From: a virus
Length of the DNA: 64,000 nucleotides
Strand: one strand, 5' to 3'
Virus record (IMG/VR): IMGVR_UViG_3300005676_000020
Span: 1-64,000 of that record
Made by a program: the position numbers and the translations under genes. This document shows, one piece after another, positions 57,858 to 64,000 of the stretch (the stretch's first letter is position 1; each line of letters begins with the position of its first letter). The notes beneath the pieces were generated by a model. That model was not told the DNA's origin. It saw only the letters and a program-made list of their open reading frames with translations, and did not search any database.

Positions 57858-58145
57858 TTAGACAACCTCTCCACTTTTAACCCTTATCGGGGTAAGGAAA
57901 AGAGTCAGTTCCTGTTCTATGACACTCTCCTCCGTTAACAAATCTTCGTCTCTTTTCAACTCGTTTTGGTTTTCTCCTACCACTACTTTCATACCTTCAT
58001 AGTTAACACCTTGAATGGCAAGCTCTCTTTTGAGTTGACCGAAGGTCTTTGCCGTAGAATCAAAAGATGTTTGGCATGTACCGCTGGTATTATACACGGT
58101 AATTTTCCTTGTTGGTTGCTCTTTCGGAGCGAATTCCTGGGACAT
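57858..58145 (-). CDS. ubiquitin-like (beta-grasp) protein
   Basis: 95 aa with a beta-beta-alpha-beta pattern (RKITVY / TSFDS.A.TFGQLKREL / MKVVV / LTLFLTP), ending VKSG-EVV. Confidence 0.7.
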   Translation of the reverse strand: MSQEFAPKEQPTRKITVYNTSGTCQTSFDSTAKTFGQLKRELAIQGVNYEGMKVVVGENQNELKRDEDLLTEESVIEQELTLFLTPIRVKSGEVV

Positions 58146-58161
58146 ATATTTCCTTTTTTTA

Positions 58162-58881
58162 TTATTTCCAGTCTATTTGTTGGTGGTCGCTGTGCTTTAC
58201 GATAAAATTCACTTTAGAGAACACTTTTTCATGTTTCCATTTCCTTTCAGCATGAGCGGCAGCGGCCGGATGTTCCGTTTTTATTATATAATGTTGTAAG
58301 GGATTCACATACCTTGCATAATACTGACTTTCCTTCCCGCAAAAGACGAGGGGCAACCCGTTATGTTCTTTAAGCACTTCCTCACAGAAGTACTTCATAA
58401 ACGGTTCCCACAATCTTATCTTTTTGTCCAGAACCCTAACCATAGAATGAGAATTCGGCCGGTTAAGCTCTACAGTAAGTGCAGTATTCAACATCATAAC
58501 TCCCTGACGACACAAGTAACTGAGGTCAGGATTTCGTGACCCTTTAATCTTAAGGTCTTCTTCCATTCCGTCGAAAAACAGCGAAAGAGAAGGTTGCTCC
58601 TCTTTGGTTATCGAACAGGAAAGAGCTATTCCATCGGCCACGTCCAGGTCTCCTTTTCTCCAGGGATACGGGTCCTGTAAGAAAAAGACACATTTAAGTT
58701 TGTCTTTAGGAGTTTCTCTGAAAGCTCTAAAGGTGTTCTGCCATGCCGGCAGAACAATCCTTCCTTGAGAGCTTCTGTTTCTGAGGTGGTCGTATATCCC
58801 GTCGCATGAGGGACTCTCAATGAATTTCTTCAAAGAGGGCCCCCATGTTCCGAGAAACTCACCAAACTCCTGGTAGTCCAT
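58162..58881 (-). CDS. ung: uracil-DNA glycosylase, family 1
   Basis: QDPYP, ADG.A.S, QGV..LN.ALTV, SH and HPAA motifs. Confidence 0.9.
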   Translation of the reverse strand: MDYQEFGEFLGTWGPSLKKFIESPSCDGIYDHLRNRSSQGRIVLPAWQNTFRAFRETPKDKLKCVFFLQDPYPWRKGDLDVADGIALSCSITKEEQPSLSLFFDGMEEDLKIKGSRNPDLSYLCRQGVMMLNTALTVELNRPNSHSMVRVLDKKIRLWEPFMKYFCEEVLKEHNGLPLVFCGKESQYYARYVNPLQHYIIKTEHPAAAAHAERKWKHEKVFSKVNFIVKHSDHQQIDWK

Positions 58882-59153
58882 TAGTCGAAAACACCAGAAA
58901 TTGTGTTATCGAACGGGTTGAACTCCACCTGACGACCTACGAGCCAGGTACCTTCCTCTACAGGAATAGTATTGTGCTCCGCGTGGCTTTTTGTCAGCGG
59001 GTCGATGTGCGTCAGTTGACCGTTACGGCCTACGCAAATCTCGGAGAGCTGGTCTCCTTCCACGTACTTGATTTCATCTGCTACAAGTACGTGTTCATGG
59101 CGTCCTTCACCTTTCAGGATCAGGAGCTCCTTTGTGGTCTTCATTTTATTCAT
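58881..59153 (-). CDS. small His-rich beta-strand protein (usual partner of DUF6745-like genes)
   Basis: GEG.H.H...L.H....H.EH..I....G.W.V.RQ.E..P. Confidence 0.65.
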   Translation of the reverse strand: MNKMKTTKELLILKGEGRHEHVLVADEIKYVEGDQLSEICVGRNGQLTHIDPLTKSHAEHNTIPVEEGTWLVGRQVEFNPFDNTISGVFD

Positions 59154-59162
59154 AATCGTTGT

Positions 59163-59885
59163 TTAAGATTCCATTACTACTTTTTCGAGATACTCTTTTT
59201 TGCTAAGGTGGCGGAGCTGGCACTTTTCATACTTTCCGCTCTTTGGTTTCACCATAATGCAATCACCTGCACGAATAATCTTGTCGATTTGTCCTGCCGG
59301 CAGTTCTACCTGGATAGTCCAGGCTACAGCGTCAACCGCATCAGGTTTACTTACGCTACGACGTTCTCTTCCGAACGAGTTACGGCTATCCCATATCTCA
59401 GGGACGTAGATAAGATACTCCCTGTCGGTAGACGTACATTTACAGCGCAGGATGTAGAAGTCCTGGGCCCTTCTGAAGCTTCTGTCGGCGTCGCCGGCCA
59501 GCTTTTCACCCTTTACCTTGTACAGTTGGTACCTGTCCATAAAGCTTTCCAGCTTACCTTCTTTGTTCACCCGGGTAGATTTTTCGATGGTCTGGTCATC
59601 TACCAATTCAGGCTTAAGCTCGTTGAAGATTTTTTCGATGCCGATGTACTTGAAGCACAGACGACGGCTTTCCAGGTTCTGGATTGATAACGCCTCGGTC
59701 ACGGTAATCTCACCGGATTTGTCCCAGGCCTCTCTGAGCATTGCCTCAGCCTCTTCGGGGAAGTGAGGAGATGCTTTCAGGAATGATTCAAATGAACCTT
59801 TGTGTTTTGCTTTTACCACCTTGATACCGGTGTCAAAGTCGAATCGACACATCTCGATTCTGAAACTTGGCTTCTGATCGCTCAT
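59163..59885 (-). CDS. DUF6745-like protein
   Basis: N.E.RR.....IG.E, Y.LY, Y....C.ST.REY...VP and A..AVAWT motifs. Confidence 0.65.
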   Translation of the reverse strand: MSDQKPSFRIEMCRFDFDTGIKVVKAKHKGSFESFLKASPHFPEEAEAMLREAWDKSGEITVTEALSIQNLESRRLCFKYIGIEKIFNELKPELVDDQTIEKSTRVNKEGKLESFMDRYQLYKVKGEKLAGDADRSFRRAQDFYILRCKCTSTDREYLIYVPEIWDSRNSFGRERRSVSKPDAVDAVAWTIQVELPAGQIDKIIRAGDCIMVKPKSGKYEKCQLRHLSKKEYLEKVVMES

Positions 59886-59907
59886 AGTTGCTTTTTTTAG
59901 GAGTTTA

Positions 59908-60237
59908 TTAAGTTTTTAGTTTTTCCTTTTCGTAAAATTCCGTCAACGCTTTCACTACGTTAGGAATTTCCTCTAATGGGATTTGTATTCCTACTCCCCC
60001 TGCTAGCTTAGGCGCACCTCTCGTTTGTAAATTCCTTCCAAGACGAAAACCGTCCATCGTAGATAAGCCTACAGTCCTTACAAGAACGGCCTTCATTCCA
60101 ACACTGTCCTCAAATGGATGATGGAACTCTGATTCTTGGAGTTCCAGCCCAAGGCAAACCTTCTTGTTGGTTTTGGCTGACCATACACCCGCCTTGGTAA
60201 ACTGTGCTGGTAACTTATACATTAACCTTTTATTCAT
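59908..60237 (-). CDS. hypothetical protein
   Basis: Start reassigned to ATG 60237, which overlaps the primase stop (ATGA). Confidence 0.55.
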   Translation of the reverse strand: MNKRLMYKLPAQFTKAGVWSAKTNKKVCLGLELQESEFHHPFEDSVGMKAVLVRTVGLSTMDGFRLGRNLQTRGAPKLAGGVGIQIPLEEIPNVVKALTEFYEKEKLKT

Positions 60238-61196
60238 ATAACTTGTAACGATTTTAAACATTCTTGAACCTTGGACAGACCATGAACCCTGACCATTTCG
60301 GCAAAGTCTTTCTGTTCGCAAGGGAATATGCCTGTAAAGCCAAACTCCTCACATACTTCCTGAGAAGCTCTAGCCCCGGGAATGTCACTGTCAAAAGCCA
60401 CGAATATCGAGCCTCTTGACTGACCTTTCAGCCAGGTGACAGTATCTACAGAAAACGCATGAACCGACTCATTTTGAACGCTGCAGGTGTAAGGATATAG
60501 TAGCTTAAGGCACATCTTATCCTTTTTTGATTTAGTTACTATTATGCTTCGACATTTTGGTATGTCAAAGACCCCGTCTGCAACCTTTAACGGCACGTTA
60601 GAGACCCATTTTCTGGAACCGGTCTCCAATGGCCTGTATATCTTCCAGTATTTATCCTCGTAAAGATAGGCGAAAACCATCTCGTTAGAGCTCATCGGAA
60701 CTTCCGAACGGTTTATGTACCATTTATCCACCGCGAATACTTTCTCTGTACTCAGTTCTGGCAGACCCTGGTAATAAGAACCCCAGTACTCTAACTCACT
60801 CTTGTAAAAATTCCTAGGCTTAACCTGTATGAGAACCTCACTTTTAGGCCTCTCCTCATACTTTACCGGCTCTCTGTCTTGCCGGCTATCTACGGCAAAG
60901 TCGTTGACTATTTTAATCAAAGCTTGCCTGAATGTCATATTGAACATCTGCATTACAAGGTCAAAGCAGTCCCCGGAGTGTTCTTTTACGACAAAGTCGT
61001 AGTGATGAATCCGGTCGCCGTCTTGCCCCATAACAAACGAAGGGTTACGGTCCTTCCTTAACGGGGAACGTATAGCCTTGTCTAACTTAAAATCTTTTCC
61101 TACATAATACCTGTATATCTCCAGTGGAGATACCTTCCTCAAAACATCTTCTTTTGTAAGGAAAATCGTTGCATCCTTCCTTCTTTCAAGGTTCAT
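60234..61196 (-). CDS. crAss-type DnaG-like primase
   Basis: SPLR.D..PSF...DF....GD.F..V N-terminal domain and TOPRIM IVTKS.KD...FDSD..G. Confidence 0.85.
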   Translation of the reverse strand: MNLERRKDATIFLTKEDVLRKVSPLEIYRYYVGKDFKLDKAIRSPLRKDRNPSFVMGQDGDRIHHYDFVVKEHSGDCFDLVMQMFNMTFRQALIKIVNDFAVDSRQDREPVKYEERPKSEVLIQVKPRNFYKSELEYWGSYYQGLPELSTEKVFAVDKWYINRSEVPMSSNEMVFAYLYEDKYWKIYRPLETGSRKWVSNVPLKVADGVFDIPKCRSIIVTKSKKDKMCLKLLYPYTCSVQNESVHAFSVDTVTWLKGQSRGSIFVAFDSDIPGARASQEVCEEFGFTGIFPCEQKDFAEMVRVHGLSKVQECLKSLQVI

Positions 61197-61200
61197 GCAA

Positions 61201-61240
61201 CAAATATAGTAAAAACCCCTGACAATCGCCAGGGGTTTCT
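61201..61240 (-). promoter_or_regulatory. intrinsic terminator fused to a TAnnTTTG promoter box
   Basis: Minus strand: AAACCCCTGGCGATTGTCAGGGGTTTTT-AC-TATATTTG-TTGC-ATG. Confidence 0.7.
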
Positions 61241-61249
61241 TTTTTCTTC

Positions 61250-62080
61250 TTAGTATTGAGCTTTTCTTGGAGCTTCACCGACTATCGGTGAGCTATTATC
61301 CTCCGGAACCTCTCCGGGGATGTACTCAGTCAACGGAACCAAACTGAAAAGTTCAGTAGGGCCATATTTGCCCTTAAGGTCCTCGATGAATTTGTCGACC
61401 ATACCAGGTCGCCTCTTGTCAATGTCCTCAAAATAGGTTATACAATAACCTGGGAGAAACTTCTTAGAATACACATTCTGATAGTATCTCATACCATCCG
61501 GGGTATTCTTACTTCTTACCGTGGCAACTGCCACCACCGTTCCTGCAAACTCACTTCTTGCAAGGTCGTTAAGCTCGCGGAAATCTCCTTTGAACAAACG
61601 ATTCATGTCCAGAAGGATGTTATTCCTTGAACCTCCACGCTCAAGATTCAGCTCGATATCTTTGAGCCAGCTACGGAGAAACTCCATAAGTTCTCCCTCG
61701 CCAACAAGAGCCTCTCTGTAAGTAGCAGCTTTAGTAAACCAGTCACTAAGCTCATTTTCAGAGTTTGCATACAGTGTCTTTCCGACAGCGTTAATGTAAC
61801 GTGTCTTTCCATTTTCGGCCTTAGCCACTTCCTTCTGTAGCCAGAAGTTTAACGGCGTTATAAAGCCGGTTCTCACATCCTTTAACAGGACTTCAATCCT
61901 CACACGTGGAACACCTTCAGGTGTTGTACCCACATACTCAGTTTCTTCAGAATCCTCACTCTTTCTTCCGTAGATTCTGTCTTTCTCTTCCTTGGTTAAG
62001 CTGTAGCCTAATACTTGCCATTCAGCTGGACCAATCCTTAATGTTCTTTCTTTTCTTTCTTTTTTCTGATTTATTTCCAT
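61250..62080 (-). CDS. putative ssDNA-binding protein (crAss-like replication module)
   Basis: 276 aa, beta-rich, located between the AAA ATPase and primase. Assignment is mainly by synteny. Confidence 0.5.
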   Translation of the reverse strand: MEINQKKERKERTLRIGPAEWQVLGYSLTKEEKDRIYGRKSEDSEETEYVGTTPEGVPRVRIEVLLKDVRTGFITPLNFWLQKEVAKAENGKTRYINAVGKTLYANSENELSDWFTKAATYREALVGEGELMEFLRSWLKDIELNLERGGSRNNILLDMNRLFKGDFRELNDLARSEFAGTVVAVATVRSKNTPDGMRYYQNVYSKKFLPGYCITYFEDIDKRRPGMVDKFIEDLKGKYGPTELFSLVPLTEYIPGEVPEDNSSPIVGEAPRKAQY

Positions 62081-62089
62081 TCTATTGTT

Positions 62090-62755
62090 TTACGCCTGCC
62101 ATGAATAATACTCTTTCATCTTCGAGAAGATGTACTCTGCATCATTCGGTATAGTATATCCTTTTTCATCAAACATGTCCGGTGGCACTTTCGTACTCGT
62201 ATCCGGAGCCATAGTCCTCAAGAAGTATTTAACTTCGTCGTTCTTCATATCTTTATCGGCATACATGACAACCGTATAGTAAGATTCTATACGACCTTCA
62301 TACATCTTGCCGTGAACTTTAGCTCTTTTCTGCTTAAACCCTTCTATCAGAAGGAGCTCGTCGTGACCGGTTACCAGTATATCCTTCTTTATATCCCGGA
62401 GAAGGTCCAGGAACTGGACAATCTGCTTGTTAAAAGAAGAGTATATGTCGTAACCCTTAAAGTTGGTCTGACACTCCTGATAGAGCATGTCAAAGGCCAT
62501 GCTTTGACTGTCGATGCCAATGGTTTCAATCTCAGACTTAGAACCAAAATCTTCCAGGTTCTTTATGAAACTGTACCAATTAGCGGGTCTTCCGTGATGC
62601 TTAAATCTCTTTCTAAACGGAAGCGGCTTTCTTTCAGCATTGATGAACCCGAAAGTCTCTTCGTTACAGTTCCTAAACATAAATGTCTTTCCGTAACCTG
62701 ACTGCCCGAGAACCAATGCTTTTCCATAATCTATCCTTTCAATGTTCTTACTCAT
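62090..62755 (-). CDS. AAA_24 / Sak4-like ATPase
   Basis: LGQSGYGKT, KPLPF, IDS, GH, GK...IE...TVV and K.P motifs. Confidence 0.85.
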   Translation of the reverse strand: MSKNIERIDYGKALVLGQSGYGKTFMFRNCNEETFGFINAERKPLPFRKRFKHHGRPANWYSFIKNLEDFGSKSEIETIGIDSQSMAFDMLYQECQTNFKGYDIYSSFNKQIVQFLDLLRDIKKDILVTGHDELLLIEGFKQKRAKVHGKMYEGRIESYYTVVMYADKDMKNDEVKYFLRTMAPDTSTKVPPDMFDEKGYTIPNDAEYIFSKMKEYYSWQA

Positions 62756-62759
62756 CGAA

Positions 62760-62767
62760 CAAATGTA
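62760..62767 (-). promoter_or_regulatory. TAnnTTTG -7 box
   Basis: TACATTTG-TTCG-ATG. Confidence 0.65.
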
Positions 62768-62775
62768 AGGGTTTT

Positions 62776-63912
62776 TTAGGAATCATGATAAATAATCCTC
62801 CTTTTTTTGTCTAAAATATTTAGAGTTCTGCGAAGATACGTTTCGTCTACTGAGTCTTTACAGACGAACATGTACAGCTCCGGAGCGAGACTTCGCAATC
62901 CTCGCCCGGCCTTTTGAATCCATTCAAGTCCTTCGTCCTTTCCGCTGCTTAGCTGAATCATCACAACCACTTCAATACCTTCAAGATTCATTCCTTCACG
63001 GCCCATCTTGTTCATGTAAATCTGCGTGATACGACCTTCGTTGAAGTCTTTAAGTACTGTAAGGTTATGCTTTTTGCTCCTTTTGGAACTTATGGCCAGG
63101 TCTCCGCCGAGGCTTTGACACTGTTCTACTGACCCTCCATAACATAGGAACTTTCTGTTACCAAGCGTCTTCAGGAACTTTCGGACATGCTCAGTTTTGG
63201 ATTCGGCTATTACCTTCTTTCTTTCACCACCAAGCCGATTTATCTTTACAGATGCAAAGTTGCTGAAACCGTCATCATTCTGTTTCCAGTACTCCATCTG
63301 TTCTTCTAAGTACCGGATATACCTTTTCTCCGTCATCGGATAAGACCCTGACTTATACTTGGCCATATACTTTTTCGTAGTATCATCAAGCCTTGTATAT
63401 ATGACATGTATAGCCGGGTCGGGTAACAGTCCCATTCTAATAGCCTCGTCGAGGCTCATATGAAAGCGGTGAAAGTCGCCAAGAGAATACAACCTGTCAA
63501 GTACTTCATTCGGGACGGTGGCAGAATCAGCTATAATCCGCTCGTAGTCAATCGTTTGAGCAATATCCTCCTTTAAGGAAGATAGCCGGTGAGCTTCATT
63601 AAACCACAGATTCAGTTTACGTCCACGGTATTTTGACAGAGAGGCATAGCATATTATGTCTTCTATCTTCTGTTCATACAGATGAGTGAATCCATGTTTT
63701 GCTATGTCTCTCCGCATATTCTCTATCTGAATGATTTCAGGAACGACCACAAGCCATTTCCTGTCACTCTCAATACGGTCAATGGCCATCATACACAGAC
63801 GACCCTTACCGGAACCTGTGGGTAATTCACACAGGAACATCTTGTTTTGTTTCGCAAGTTCAGAACCTTGTTCCTGAACCTTTTGTCTTATTTGATTCTG
63901 CCTACTAAGCAT
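62776..63912 (-). CDS. superfamily 2 helicase
   Basis: LPTGSGKG, motif II NEAH, SAT, EGMN and Q..GR..R. Confidence 0.85.
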   Translation of the reverse strand: MLSRQNQIRQKVQEQGSELAKQNKMFLCELPTGSGKGRLCMMAIDRIESDRKWLVVVPEIIQIENMRRDIAKHGFTHLYEQKIEDIICYASLSKYRGRKLNLWFNEAHRLSSLKEDIAQTIDYERIIADSATVPNEVLDRLYSLGDFHRFHMSLDEAIRMGLLPDPAIHVIYTRLDDTTKKYMAKYKSGSYPMTEKRYIRYLEEQMEYWKQNDDGFSNFASVKINRLGGERKKVIAESKTEHVRKFLKTLGNRKFLCYGGSVEQCQSLGGDLAISSKRSKKHNLTVLKDFNEGRITQIYMNKMGREGMNLEGIEVVVMIQLSSGKDEGLEWIQKAGRGLRSLAPELYMFVCKDSVDETYLRRTLNILDKKRRIIYHDS

Positions 63913-64000
63913 ATATAAGACTACACCAATACTGGTGTCCCTTCAGGGCCTCCGCCCTTGTGGAGTATCTTTCCACTACGTCGCCACCTAAACCCCCAGT
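63905..64000 (-). CDS. 3' end of a small phage protein (partial)
   Basis: Frame reads TGGLGGDVVERYSTRAEALKGHQYWCSLIYA* and overlaps the helicase start. Confidence 0.5.
   Translation of the reverse strand, partial: TGGLGGDVVERYSTRAEALKGHQYWCSLIYA

Noticed and set aside
58845-59687. 280-aa + strand ORF (and other antisense ORFs such as 57282-57938 and 19321-19908)
   Set aside because: These are shadow frames opposite well-supported genes, with no motifs or expression signals.

Overview
This window is about 64 kb of a Crassvirales (crAss-like) bacteriophage genome, most likely infecting a Bacteroidota host, read in the standard genetic code. The + strand (1-42365) is the late/virion module: tail fibres, a putative holin, an intein-split DnaQ-like exonuclease, an IHF-like protein, tail ring proteins, the muzzle/tail-stabilisation protein, and several giant ejected cargo proteins including a 4018-aa virion RNA polymerase with a DFDHD motif. 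The - strand (42370-64000) is the early/middle module: a class II ribonucleotide reductase with two inteins, dUTPase, RecA, nucleases, UDG, primase, SSB-like protein, AAA ATPase and an SF2 helicase. Capsid, portal, terminase and DNA polymerase genes are not in the window. Three things stand out. (1) A compact phage-encoded ubiquitin-like conjugation operon: Ubl, two paralogous E2-like proteins, a JAB peptidase and a ThiF/E1. (2) A large, ornately structured non-coding RNA candidate (ROOL/GOLLD-like) interrupted by an antisense GIY-YIG endonuclease that has its own promoter. (3) A 64-nt tRNA-like RNA lacking a proper anticodon arm, immediately upstream of a stand-alone GGQ release-factor-domain protein. 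All calls come from motif recognition by eye; no database searches or folding programs were run.
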